A DNA stretch of 64,000 bases, from positions 812 to 64,811 of the IMG/VR virus record IMGVR_UViG_3300045454_000117; one strand, written 5' to 3'. Origin of the DNA: a virus (Duplodnaviria; Caudoviricetes). Numbering within the stretch: position 1 is the stretch's first letter; each line of letters opens with the position of its first letter. Both the position numbers and the translations under genes were made by a program. The notes beneath the pieces were generated by a model. It had not been told where the DNA came from. It ran no database searches and was given only the letters and a program-made list of their open reading frames with translations. Of this stretch, positions 26,475 through 35,765 are shown in pieces.

Positions 26475-26878
26475 ACGGCGAACTGCCAGTTCCGACAGGT
26501 GGTGAAGGTCTTGTCCATCCCGCGATAGCCGTCGGGCAGCGGCTCGATCGGGATCTGGCGACCGTTCTCGAATCGGACGGTCAGGCCGTTGTAGGTCGGG
26601 ACATCGAACGTTTCCCCAGGGACGCGCTCAGCGGCGGCGTGGAAGTTGGTCGACCAGCGCGGCGACACGCCGCAGAGGTAGACAAGATCGCCCCGCAGCT
26701 CGACCGGCTGGTTGAGCAGCATCGCGCGGCCAATCCGCCGGTCATACGGCCCGCGCAGGCAGCGGGCACAATGGACCGACAGGTCATAGTCCTGCACCGA
26801 TTTCAGCCACCAGTAACGGAACCCGCTGAGCGTTTCGCCCGGGCCTAACACTGTGACCTTCAAAGGAAATTTCGTCAT
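26435..26878 (-). CDS. Hypothetical Cys/His protein, probably leaderless
   Basis: ATG 7 nt after TAGAGT of promoter copy 3; HCARC, YLCG, NFH, TTC. Confidence 0.65.
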   Translation of the reverse strand: MTKFPLKVTVLGPGETLSGFRYWWLKSVQDYDLSVHCARCLRGPYDRRIGRAMLLNQPVELRGDLVYLCGVSPRWSTNFHAAAERVPGETFDVPTYNGLTVRFENGRQIPIEPLPDGYRGMDKTFTTCRNWQFAVQMSEAITASTSS

Positions 26879-26884
26879 GCCCGA

Positions 26885-26916
26885 TACTCTAGTAACGGGT
26901 CGAAGGAAGTAAAGCA
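26885..26916 (-). promoter_or_regulatory. Conserved promoter-like motif copy 3, overlapping the terS RBS
   Basis: TGCTTTACTTCCTTCGACCCGTTACTAGAGTA. Confidence 0.6.
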
Positions 26917-26917
26917 C

Positions 26918-27418
26918 ATGGCGCGCGGACCGATCGCCGACTGGGCGAAGCTCAAGCTCGAATATGTCCAGACCCGCATCACGATTGCCGAACTCGCGGA
27001 AAAGCATGGGCTGAAACCGGAGACCGTCAAGAAGCAGGCGGAGCGCCATCGCTGGGGCATGGAGCGGCTCAAGTTCGAGCAGATCGCGCTCGCCGAGGCT
27101 GCCGAGGCGGCGAGCAAGGAGCGCATCACCGAGCTGCTCCAGTTCAATCGCGATGATCTCCGCGTCGCGAAGGCGATCCGCGCGCGCTGCGCCCGGCGTC
27201 TTGCCGTGGTCGGCGAGGACATCCCGGCGAGCGAGCTGCGGTTGATCGCGTCTGCAGCTGAGGCTGCTCAACGCATCGGGCGGCTCGCGCTGGGTGCCAC
27301 GACTGAGAACGTCGGCCATCCCGGTTTCCCGACGCCCGATCAGGGTGTGGGCGATGGTGCCGAGGTCTCGACGGCGGACTATCTTAAAGCGCGGGCGCGG
27401 GCCATCGAAGATTTCTGA
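26918..27418 (+). CDS. Terminase small subunit
   Basis: DWAKLKLEYV....AELAEKHG....TV......W HTH; directly upstream of terL. Confidence 0.8.
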   Translation: MARGPIADWAKLKLEYVQTRITIAELAEKHGLKPETVKKQAERHRWGMERLKFEQIALAEAAEAASKERITELLQFNRDDLRVAKAIRARCARRLAVVGEDIPASELRLIASAAEAAQRIGRLALGATTENVGHPGFPTPDQGVGDGAEVSTADYLKARARAIEDF

Positions 27419-28857
27419 TGTCAGAGAGCGCCGAGGCCTATGCGCTGGCGGTGAAGCTCGAAGCGCGTGCGGACCTGTATTTCTTCTCGCGCTACATGTT
27501 CAAGTCGATGCGCGGCTATCGGTGGCTGCACAACTGGCACCACCGGACCATCTGCGATGCGCTGATGCGGGTCTATCGGGGCGAATGTAAACGCCTCATC
27601 ATCAACATCCCGCCGCGGTATTCGAAGACCGAGCTGGCGGTGGTCAACTTCATCGCCTGGGCGCTCGGGCTCAACCCCGACGCTGAGTTCATCCACACCA
27701 GCTATTCCGACAAGCTCTCCGTCAACAACGCCGCCAACGCGAAGCGGATCGTCGAGCACGAGGCATACCGGGGCATCTTCCCGGAGGTGCAGCTGCGCCG
27801 GGACAGCAACGCGAAGGGCGAGTGGCGCACGACCGCCGGCGGCGTCGTCTATGCCCAAGGCGAAGGCGGCACTATTACTGGCTTCGGTGCAGGCAAGCTG
27901 CGCCCCGGCTTCGGTGGTGCCATCATCATCGACGACATCCACAAGGCGGCCGAGGCGAAGTCGGACGTGATCCGCGAGGGCGTGATCGAGTGGTTCAAGA
28001 ACACGCTCGAATCGCGCGTCAACTCGCCTGACACCCCGATCATCGTCATCGGGCAGCGGTTGCACGAGCGGGATTTGCCGGGCTGGCTGCTCAATGGCGG
28101 CAACGGCGAAGAGTGGGAACTGCTCAAGATTCCCGCGATCCAGCCTGACGGCACCGCCCTGTGGCCCGCGAAACACGACATCGCGACGCTCCGCCGCATG
28201 GAGGAGAAGAAGCCCTACGAGTTCGCGGGCCAGTACGCACAGGAGCCAGCCCCGAAGGAGGGCGGGCTGTTCAAGAAGCACTGGTTCAAGGTGGTCGACG
28301 CCGCCCCCGCAGGTGGCACCTGGGTCCGCAAGTGGGACCTCGCCGGCACCGAGGAGGGCGCGACAGGCGACCCGGACTGGACCGTGGGGTGCTTGATGTC
28401 GAAGTGCCCAGACGGGTTCTTCTGGGTCCGCGATATAATCCGATTCCGCGGCTCGCCGCACGAGGTCGAGCAAGCGGTCCAGAACACAGCCACGCTCGAC
28501 GGCAAGAACGTCGCGATCCACCTCAATCAGGATCCGGCGCAGGCGGGCAAGGCACAGGCGAAGGCGTTCACCCGCATGCTCGCGGGCTGGATCGTCAAGG
28601 CCGAAGTCGAGAGCGGGTCGAAGGAGACCCGGGCGGCGCCATTCTCGGCCCAATGCGAGGCCGGCAACGTCCGTCTGGTGAAAGCGCCCTGGAACGAGGG
28701 CTTCATCACCGAACTCTGCACGTTCCCGAACGCGGCGAAAGACGATCAGGTCGACGCCGCCTCGGGTGCCTTCAACTATCTCGCACCCGGTAGCGGCCTC
28801 GAAGGCTGGCTGTCCTGGGCGGCGGAGACCACCACTTCCGCCGAGCAATCGGCATAG
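27418..28857 (+). CDS. Terminase large subunit
   Basis: NIPPRYSKT, IIIDD, QRLHE.DL.G, WDLA, DDQVDA. Confidence 0.96.
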   Translation: MSESAEAYALAVKLEARADLYFFSRYMFKSMRGYRWLHNWHHRTICDALMRVYRGECKRLIINIPPRYSKTELAVVNFIAWALGLNPDAEFIHTSYSDKLSVNNAANAKRIVEHEAYRGIFPEVQLRRDSNAKGEWRTTAGGVVYAQGEGGTITGFGAGKLRPGFGGAIIIDDIHKAAEAKSDVIREGVIEWFKNTLESRVNSPDTPIIVIGQRLHERDLPGWLLNGGNGEEWELLKIPAIQPDGTALWPAKHDIATLRRMEEKKPYEFAGQYAQEPAPKEGGLFKKHWFKVVDAAPAGGTWVRKWDLAGTEEGATGDPDWTVGCLMSKCPDGFFWVRDIIRFRGSPHEVEQAVQNTATLDGKNVAIHLNQDPAQAGKAQAKAFTRMLAGWIVKAEVESGSKETRAAPFSAQCEAGNVRLVKAPWNEGFITELCTFPNAAKDDQVDAASGAFNYLAPGSGLEGWLSWAAETTTSAEQSA

Positions 28858-28880
28858 CTCAATCAGGAGGCGTTGCAGGG

Positions 28881-31091
28881 ATGTCGGATCAGTCGATCAT
28901 CCAGCGCGCGATCGTTGCTGTCCGCTATCTCTATAATGGCTCGATGCCGCAGGGGTGGTTTGGGCCGAACAACCCGCTCCCGCCGCAGGCACCGCCGGAG
29001 GTGGCAGGCCGCGCGTTCGATTATCGGATCGGCGCTAATCTGGACAGCAAGCCCAGAACCGCCGAGCTGGTCGGGTTCGACAAGCTGAAGGCGCTCGCCC
29101 GCCACGACACCGTGCGAATCGTCATGGAGGGGCAGAAAGACAAGATCGAAGCGCTGGACTGGTCGATCAAGGTCCGCGAGCGCGACGGGAAGAAGGGCAA
29201 GGCCGACGCCTCGGTGATCGAAATCCAGCGTCAGCTCGAATATCCTGATCGCGTCCACGACTGGGGGCAGTGGGTCCGCGCGCTGCTCGAGCAGAACTTC
29301 GTGCTCGACGCGCTCTCCATCTATCGCCGGCGCGATCGGGGCGGCCGCCCCTACGCCTTCGAAATCATCGACGGATCGACGATCAAGCCGCTGCTCGACC
29401 AGAGCGGCCGCCAGCCCGTGATGCCCGACGCCTCGTACCAGCAGGTGCTGAAGGGACTGCCCGCGGTCAACTATACCACGGCCGAGCTGCTGTACTTTCC
29501 GCAGAATTACCGGGTCGATCATGTCTATGGCTACAGCCGGGTCGAGCAGATCGTCGACACCGTCGAAACTGCGATCCAGCGCCTGAAGAGCCAGAAGGCC
29601 TTCTTCACCCACGGCAATCTCAGCGACGGCTTCTTCACCGCCCCTCCTGACACGACCCCCGACCAGATCGGCCAGGTCGAGAAGATGTGGAACAACCTGC
29701 TCACCGCCAGCATCGAGAACCGGCGCAAGAATCAGTTTCTCCCCTCCGGCTTTGTTTGGAACGCGATCGGCCAGCCCCCCCTGCAGGAGGCGTTCGACGA
29801 GTGGCTGGCGCGGATCATCTGCTTCTGCTTCTCGACCGCCCCCACACCGTTCCTCAAACAGCAGGGTCTGGGTCAGGGATCGGCCACGACCGAACACGAA
29901 GCCGCCGAGGCCGCAGGGCTGGGCAACATGATGGGCTATATCCGTCGTGTGATGAACCGGATCCTCGCCGAGGATTTCGCCCGCCCCGATCTCGAATTCG
30001 CCTGGACGGAAGACCGCGAATTCGATCCTGAAGTGAAAGCCCGGATCGAGGATATGCGGGTCAAGAACGGCACGCTGACCCGCGATGAGGTCCGCGACCG
30101 CAACGGCGACGATCCTCTGCCCGATGGTATCGGGGCGGTCCCGACGGTCGATGGCTCTCCGACCCGTCTTGAAGACGCGGTTGCGGAACCGGAGGAAGTA
30201 CCGCCGGAGCTGCTGCCCGGCGCGGTGCCTGGGGCTCCGCAGCCCGGCGATGACGCTAAGCCAAAGGGCAAAGGCGAAGACGCCGAGGCGGACGACGCTG
30301 CAAAGGGCGATCTTGCAAAGGCGGCACCGCGCACGGCGGAACGTCGGCTCGCCGCGGCGCTGAACCGGTACTTCGCCGGCAAAGCGCGCGAGATCGCAAG
30401 CCTCATCGAAGAGCGCTTCCCGCTCGAAAAGGCTGTCGATGACGGGTTCGAGCGCGCGCTGGAAGGCGTCTTCGAAGAAATCGACTGGTCGTGGTCCGAC
30501 TTGCCCAAGCTGATCGAGCCCTTGCTCGTGAAGCTCGCGACGGGCGCCGGGAAGCTGGCGCTCCAGGATCTCGGCCTGTTCAGCGCGGAAACCCGGAGCC
30601 GGCTGGTGCGCAATGCCGCCGAGTTCGCGGAGAACCGCGCCGCGCAGCTGATCGGGCGCAAGCTCGTCGATGGCGAACTGGTCGATAACGGGTCGTGGTC
30701 GATCTCGGCCACAACCCGCGACATGGTCCGCAAGGCGGTGACCAACGCTGTCGAGGAAGGTGCCAGCAACCAGGACCTCGCCCGCGTGGTGCGCGAGAGC
30801 GGAGCCTTTTCTAAGGCCCGCGCAATCACCATCGCGCGCAGCGAGACCGCGATCGCCGACACCCAGGGAGCCTATGCGGGCTGGCGGGCGTCGGGAGTGG
30901 TGGCTGGCAAAGAGTGGCTCGCCTCCGCCGATTGCTGCGAGGACTGCGCTCTCCTCGACGGCGAGATCGTGGGCCTCGACGACGACTTCACCGGCGGGGC
31001 CGATGTCCCGCTCCACCCCAACTGCGAATGCGCCGTTTCCCCGGTCCTCCCTGAGGACATGCCGGGCGGCGAACCTGCTGACGACGCCTGA
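28881..31091 (+). CDS. Portal protein fused to a minor head (SPP1 gp7/Mu gpF-like) domain
   Basis: Portal motifs (IIDGSTIK, YG.S.VE, T..E.R...G..P); C-terminal RAITIARSE...KEW...C..C..G..HPNC.C. Confidence 0.88.
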   Translation: MSDQSIIQRAIVAVRYLYNGSMPQGWFGPNNPLPPQAPPEVAGRAFDYRIGANLDSKPRTAELVGFDKLKALARHDTVRIVMEGQKDKIEALDWSIKVRERDGKKGKADASVIEIQRQLEYPDRVHDWGQWVRALLEQNFVLDALSIYRRRDRGGRPYAFEIIDGSTIKPLLDQSGRQPVMPDASYQQVLKGLPAVNYTTAELLYFPQNYRVDHVYGYSRVEQIVDTVETAIQRLKSQKAFFTHGNLSDGFFTAPPDTTPDQIGQVEKMWNNLLTASIENRRKNQFLPSGFVWNAIGQPPLQEAFDEWLARIICFCFSTAPTPFLKQQGLGQGSATTEHEAAEAAGLGNMMGYIRRVMNRILAEDFARPDLEFAWTEDREFDPEVKARIEDMRVKNGTLTRDEVRDRNGDDPLPDGIGAVPTVDGSPTRLEDAVAEPEEVPPELLPGAVPGAPQPGDDAKPKGKGEDAEADDAAKGDLAKAAPRTAERRLAAALNRYFAGKAREIASLIEERFPLEKAVDDGFERALEGVFEEIDWSWSDLPKLIEPLLVKLATGAGKLALQDLGLFSAETRSRLVRNAAEFAENRAAQLIGRKLVDGELVDNGSWSISATTRDMVRKAVTNAVEEGASNQDLARVVRESGAFSKARAITIARSETAIADTQGAYAGWRASGVVAGKEWLASADCCEDCALLDGEIVGLDDDFTGGADVPLHPNCECAVSPVLPEDMPGGEPADDA

Positions 31092-31102
31092 CGGAGACGA
31101 CC

Positions 31103-32674
31103 ATGGACCCCCTGCATATCTTCATCCCGCTCGCCAAGGCGGACGCGACTGAGCGCCTCGTCTTCGGCTCCTTCGACGAAACGCCTGATCGTGCCGGCGA
31201 GATCTGCGATTACGCGACCGCCAAGCCCGCATTCGAGGCATGGTCGGCCGAGCTGCAGAAGGCCAGCGACGGCAAGTCGCTGGGCAACATCCGCGGCCAG
31301 CACTCGAACATCGCGGCGGGCCGCCTGGTCGAGCTGACGTTCGACGACGATCTGAAGAAGATCGGATTCGTCGCGCACATCGTCGACGACAACGAGTGGC
31401 GAAAGGTCGAGGCCGGGGTCTATACCGGCTTCTCCCCCGGCGGCCGCTACGCCAAGCGGTGGCAGGATGGCCGCTACAAGCGGTACACCCCGGATGTGCG
31501 CGAACTGTCGATCGTGGACGTCCCCTGCAATCCGACCGCGACCTTCACGATGGTCAAGGCCGATGGAAGTGAGGAGCAGCGGGACTTCGCGGTCGACAAG
31601 GCCTATGAGCCGGGCAACGAAGCGACGCTGGCGCGCGCCGATGAACTGGCCAAGGCCGCGGGCAAGCCCGGCAAGGGCAAGGATTTCGTGGTCAAGGCCC
31701 GCGCCGAGCTGATCGCCGAGAACGCCGACGAAGCCCTGCTCAAGATGGCGGGCGACATCGAGCCGGAAACCCCGCCCGCCGACGAGCCGAAGGCGGCGGA
31801 CCCCGTTGCGGCACTCGATGCTGCCATGGCCAAGGCTGACGGTGTGCTCGCCGGTCCGGACGCCGCAGGCGAAAATCTGTTCGCTGACCTCAACAAGGTC
31901 GCGGACGCGCTGAACTGCTTCGCGGTCCCGATGCTGACCAAGTCGCTGTGGTCGACCGAGTGGCTCAACCGCCTGCTGCGCGACTTCGCGAGCCTCCAGT
32001 CGGAGGTCACCTGGGACGCGAAGTATGGCGACCCCGGCAACGAAGCGGACATGTCGATCCCCGCGCAGGCGGCGAAGATCGTTGCCGCAATCGGGGACCT
32101 GCTCATCACCATGACGCAGGAAGGGGTCGCAGACCTTCTCACCGGCATCGAGGCGAGCGGCGTCGAGATCGACGCGATCGTCACGGACGGCGACGGGGAG
32201 GCGATGGAACTCGCCAATCGCATCATCGATCTGGTGAAGGCGGATTCGGACCTGATGGAGAAGGCCGGCGCGCGCAACTCCAAGGCAGACGCCAAGATGA
32301 TCCAGACCATCCACGATCACGCGATCAGCCTCGGTGCTGCGTGCGGGGACGAAGTCGCCAAGGATGCGATGGCCGCGCTGAGCCAGGACCGCGATCGCCT
32401 CGCTAAGGCGGTCGAGACGGCGGCCCCCAAGATCGAGGAACTGGCAGCCACCGTCGAGACCCAGCGTGCTGAACTCGCCGCGCGTGATGACGAACTGCAG
32501 AAGGCGCATGCCCGCGTGGCTGAACTGGAAGCGCTCCCCGCTCCGGCGAAGGGGCATGTTCGGGCAATCGACAAGGCCGCCGACAGCGACCTCACGAAGT
32601 CGGACGCCACCACCACTGACCATCAGGACGAGGACATCCTCACACGCGCTCAGCGCGCCCGCTTCAAGTCCTGA
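31103..32674 (+). CDS. Prohead protease/scaffold
   Basis: NIRGQH, YTGFS.GG, ELSIVD.PCNP.A.F; coiled-coil tail. Confidence 0.85.
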   Translation: MDPLHIFIPLAKADATERLVFGSFDETPDRAGEICDYATAKPAFEAWSAELQKASDGKSLGNIRGQHSNIAAGRLVELTFDDDLKKIGFVAHIVDDNEWRKVEAGVYTGFSPGGRYAKRWQDGRYKRYTPDVRELSIVDVPCNPTATFTMVKADGSEEQRDFAVDKAYEPGNEATLARADELAKAAGKPGKGKDFVVKARAELIAENADEALLKMAGDIEPETPPADEPKAADPVAALDAAMAKADGVLAGPDAAGENLFADLNKVADALNCFAVPMLTKSLWSTEWLNRLLRDFASLQSEVTWDAKYGDPGNEADMSIPAQAAKIVAAIGDLLITMTQEGVADLLTGIEASGVEIDAIVTDGDGEAMELANRIIDLVKADSDLMEKAGARNSKADAKMIQTIHDHAISLGAACGDEVAKDAMAALSQDRDRLAKAVETAAPKIEELAATVETQRAELAARDDELQKAHARVAELEALPAPAKGHVRAIDKAADSDLTKSDATTTDHQDEDILTRAQRARFKS

Positions 32675-32742
32675 CCCTACACCGGCGCCAGCCGGCCCCG
32701 CCCTCGCCGCCGCCTGGGCAACGGCAATGCAGAAGCTCGAAG

Positions 32743-32768
32743 GCCGCTCCATCCCGGGGCGGCTTTTT
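32743..32768 (+). terminator. Intrinsic terminator-like hairpin upstream of the capsid gene
   Basis: GCCGCTCC-ATCCC-GGGGCGGC followed by TTTTT. Confidence 0.6.
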
Positions 32769-32785
32769 CATTTCACGAGGTACCC

Positions 32786-34405
32786 ATGACGAAGCTCATC
32801 TCGGGCGCCGCGGTCGCCCTCGCCACGCTGGCGAACGGTGGCAGCGAATATGTGCTCAACACCACCCCCGACGGCGGCTATGTCCGCTCGGGCCTGTCGC
32901 TGGAAAAGGCACAGGACATCCTCGACTTCACCAAGGAGGCGATGTCGAAGGAAATCGAACCGGACCAGCTCGCCAAGAGCGTCACCCTTTCGACCGGTGC
33001 GACCGCCTATGACCTCCGCGCCCCGTCGCTGCTGTTCAACCCGGTCATCACCCCGATCCGCAACTCGCTGAAGCGCACCAAGCGCCCGTCGCCGGGCGAC
33101 GCCGCGCATTGGAAGACCATCACCGGCCTGACCAACTCGCCGAATTTCAGCGCCTTCGTGCCCGAGGGGCGGCGTGCGGCATCGATCACCTACACGATGG
33201 CAAACGCCTCGCAGGCCTATGCCACGATGGGCACCGAAGACGATCTGACCGATGAGGCGAAGCTCGCGGCGGAGGGCTTCGAGGACGAGGAAGCCCTCGT
33301 CCAGATGCGGTCGCTCTACAAGCTGATGGAGATCGAAGAGGTCTCGCTGCTGATGGCGAACGCGAGCGTCGCCCTGGGCACCCCGACGACTCCGACGCTG
33401 AGCGCGTCCGGCTCCGGCGCCACGCTTCCTGCGGCGACCTATTCGGTCATCGTGGTTGCGCTGACCCCGCTGGGCCTGCTTCAGTCGTCGCTCACCAGCG
33501 GCGTCGCTACCTCGGTGAGCGTCGCATCGAACGATGGCAACGGCAACTTCTCGATCAACTGCGGTTCTTCGAACAAGTCGGCTGCGGCGACTCAGGCGGT
33601 GACGCTGGGTCAGGGACTCTATGCCTCGACGCCGTGGGTTAACGGTGCCGCTGGGTATGCGTGGTTCGTCGGAACGGCGGGTAACGAAACGCTGCAGGCG
33701 ATCACTACCTGCAACGTTGTCGGCTTCACCACGCCGCTCGCTGGCAGCCGCCAGGCTGCAACGGCGATCACCGGCGACTGCTCGACCGAGTCGAAGGGCT
33801 ATGACGGCCTGCTGACCCAGGCGTTCAAGAACAGCTCGGTCGCGTACATCAAGACCCTCGCGACCGGCGCCGCCGGCGTCGGTACCCAGCTGACCCCGGT
33901 CGGGAATGGCGAGGTTGCCGAGATCCGCGATATGCTCCGCACGATGTGGGATACGTGGCGCGTCGGCGTCACCAAGATCTACGTTTCGGCGCAGGAGCTG
34001 ACCTCGCTCACCAAGCTGGTGCTGACCGCGGGCAACGCTCCGCTGCTTCGCGTCAACACCGACACGACGGCGGGCGAACCCGCGCCGGTCAAGGTCACCG
34101 CTGGCTCGGTCGTGGGCTGGTACTTCAACCCCTACACCGCCGATGGCGGTCGGTTCATCCCGATCGTGATCCATCCCAACATGCCGAAGGGCATGATCTT
34201 CGGTTACGCCGAGGTCCTGCCCGCGACCTATATGTCCAACGAGTGCCCGAGCGTCACCGAGCTGCTCGTTCGCCAGGACTATTATGTCGAGAAGTGGCCG
34301 CGCACCTCGCGCAAGCAGTTCTACGGCACCTACTGCCAGACTGCGCCCGCCGTGTACGCGCCGTTCTGTTTCGGTGTGATCCAGAACATCGCGCCGACCA
34401 CTTAA
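32786..34405 (+). CDS. Major capsid protein with an internal beta-rich insertion
   Basis: Position after the protease; YDL.AP...P..TP.RN; strongly biased codon usage; GAGG RBS. Confidence 0.82.
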   Translation: MTKLISGAAVALATLANGGSEYVLNTTPDGGYVRSGLSLEKAQDILDFTKEAMSKEIEPDQLAKSVTLSTGATAYDLRAPSLLFNPVITPIRNSLKRTKRPSPGDAAHWKTITGLTNSPNFSAFVPEGRRAASITYTMANASQAYATMGTEDDLTDEAKLAAEGFEDEEALVQMRSLYKLMEIEEVSLLMANASVALGTPTTPTLSASGSGATLPAATYSVIVVALTPLGLLQSSLTSGVATSVSVASNDGNGNFSINCGSSNKSAAATQAVTLGQGLYASTPWVNGAAGYAWFVGTAGNETLQAITTCNVVGFTTPLAGSRQAATAITGDCSTESKGYDGLLTQAFKNSSVAYIKTLATGAAGVGTQLTPVGNGEVAEIRDMLRTMWDTWRVGVTKIYVSAQELTSLTKLVLTAGNAPLLRVNTDTTAGEPAPVKVTAGSVVGWYFNPYTADGGRFIPIVIHPNMPKGMIFGYAEVLPATYMSNECPSVTELLVRQDYYVEKWPRTSRKQFYGTYCQTAPAVYAPFCFGVIQNIAPTT

Positions 34406-34435
34406 CGCCCCTGCCTCCTCTCCTGGGGGTGCCCT

Positions 34436-34466
34436 GCCCCGCCGGTTCGCGCCGGCGGGGTCTTTC
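34436..34466 (+). terminator. Intrinsic terminator after the capsid gene
   Basis: CCCCGCCGG-TTCGCG-CCGGCGGGG then TCTTT. Confidence 0.6.
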
Positions 34467-34489
34467 CGTTCCACAGCGGAGTGAAATTC

Positions 34490-35020
34490 GTGACCCGAAA
34501 GACCCAGAAGCCCGCCGACCCGGCCCCCGCGCCCGCGGCGGAAGCCGAGGTGGCGCCCGCTGCCGAGGCATCGACCGAGGCTGGCACGGCCGAGGAAGAG
34601 CCAACCCAGACCGATCCGATCGCTGAGCCGGTGGTTGAACCGATCGCTGAGGTCCCCGCAGACGCGGCGGCCAGCGATGCCGCCACCACCGAACCGGTTG
34701 CCGAGGCTGGTGCTGATCCGATCGCTGAGCCGGAGACCGCTCCGCCCGCCGACCCGGCCCCCGCGCCGGTCGTGGAAGCGGCCGAGGAAGTGGCTTCGAC
34801 CGACATCGCAGCGGAAGCCGCGGCCATCGTCGAAGAGCTCGACGCTCAGGCGGTAGCCGATCCCGCCTTCATCACCCACCTGCTGATGGATCATCCCGAC
34901 GGCGGGACCACCGACAGCTATGAGATCGACGAAGCGACCGGCCACTACCTGGTCCCGGTCGATGATATCGCTCTGCTGCAGAGCCACGGCTTCCAGGTCG
35001 TCGGCCAGCCCGAGGGCTGA
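34490..35020 (+). CDS. Ala/Pro/Glu-rich low-complexity virion-region protein
   Basis: Repeated PADPAPAP and DPIAEP. Confidence 0.6.
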   Translation: MTRKTQKPADPAPAPAAEAEVAPAAEASTEAGTAEEEPTQTDPIAEPVVEPIAEVPADAAASDAATTEPVAEAGADPIAEPETAPPADPAPAPVVEAAEEVASTDIAAEAAAIVEELDAQAVADPAFITHLLMDHPDGGTTDSYEIDEATGHYLVPVDDIALLQSHGFQVVGQPEG

Positions 35021-35024
35021 ACCG

Positions 35025-35207
35025 ATGCGCTGGATGGCCCCCGCCCACACCTCGTCCGTGACCATCTCGACCGGAACATTCTCGGTCGAGAACGGACACG
35101 TCACCCTCCCCGCCCCGCTTAGCGACGGCGATCGCGCTGGCTTGATCGCCAACGGCTTCAAGCCGCCCAAGGCCGCGCGAGCGAAGCGGGCAGAGCCGAA
35201 GGATTGA
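35025..35207 (+). CDS. Small virion-region protein
   Basis: ORF between head and connector genes. Confidence 0.5.
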   Translation: MRWMAPAHTSSVTISTGTFSVENGHVTLPAPLSDGDRAGLIANGFKPPKAARAKRAEPKD

Positions 35208-35210
35208 CCG

Positions 35211-35765
35211 ATGCCGCTCCCCGATCTCGCTACGCTTGACCAAGTGAAGACCTTCATGGGCGAGTCGGGGACGGCAAAGGACGCGGTCCTGAGCCTCCTC
35301 ATCACGGGGGCATCTTCATTCATTCGCGGCCAGGTCAGCCGCACGCTCACCGCAGCCGCGTTCGACATCCGGCGCAGCGGTCGCGGCACCTCCGCGATGC
35401 AGCTGCCCGAATATCCGATCCTCAGCGTCTCGCTGGTGGAGGTCGACGGTCGCGCCATCCCCGCCGCGCCGAACTGGTCGGCCCCGGGTTACAGCTTCGA
35501 CGAGGAGCAAATCGTCCTGCGCGGCTATGCCTTCACCGAGGGCGTGTCGAACGTGCGCGTCGCCTTCACGGCGGGCTACGCCGAGGTGCCCGAGTCCATC
35601 TCGCTGGCGTGCGCCGAGCTGGTCACGCTCAAGTACAAGATGCGGGACAAGCTCGACATCGCGTCGAAATCGCTCGCCAACGAGTCGATCAGCTTCAACC
35701 ACCGCGACATGCCCTCGTCGGTGAAGACGGCACTCCAGCCGTTTAAGCGAATCGCGCCTCTGTGA
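35211..35765 (+). CDS. Head-tail connector
   Basis: LATLDQVK.F, L..LI..AS..I, LPEYP, TAGY..VP. Confidence 0.85.
   Translation: MPLPDLATLDQVKTFMGESGTAKDAVLSLLITGASSFIRGQVSRTLTAAAFDIRRSGRGTSAMQLPEYPILSVSLVEVDGRAIPAAPNWSAPGYSFDEEQIVLRGYAFTEGVSNVRVAFTAGYAEVPESISLACAELVTLKYKMRDKLDIASKSLANESISFNHRDMPSSVKTALQPFKRIAPL

Noticed and set aside
34490-34800. Short DNA repeats (CCCGCCGACCCGGCCCCCGCGCC, GATCCGATCGCTGAGCCGG)
   Set aside because: Explained by low-complexity peptide repeats in the CDS
14767-35458. Long antisense ORFs (14767-16485, 27421-28848, 28863-31016, 32768-35458)
   Set aside because: Shadow frames of high-GC genes with no recognisable motifs
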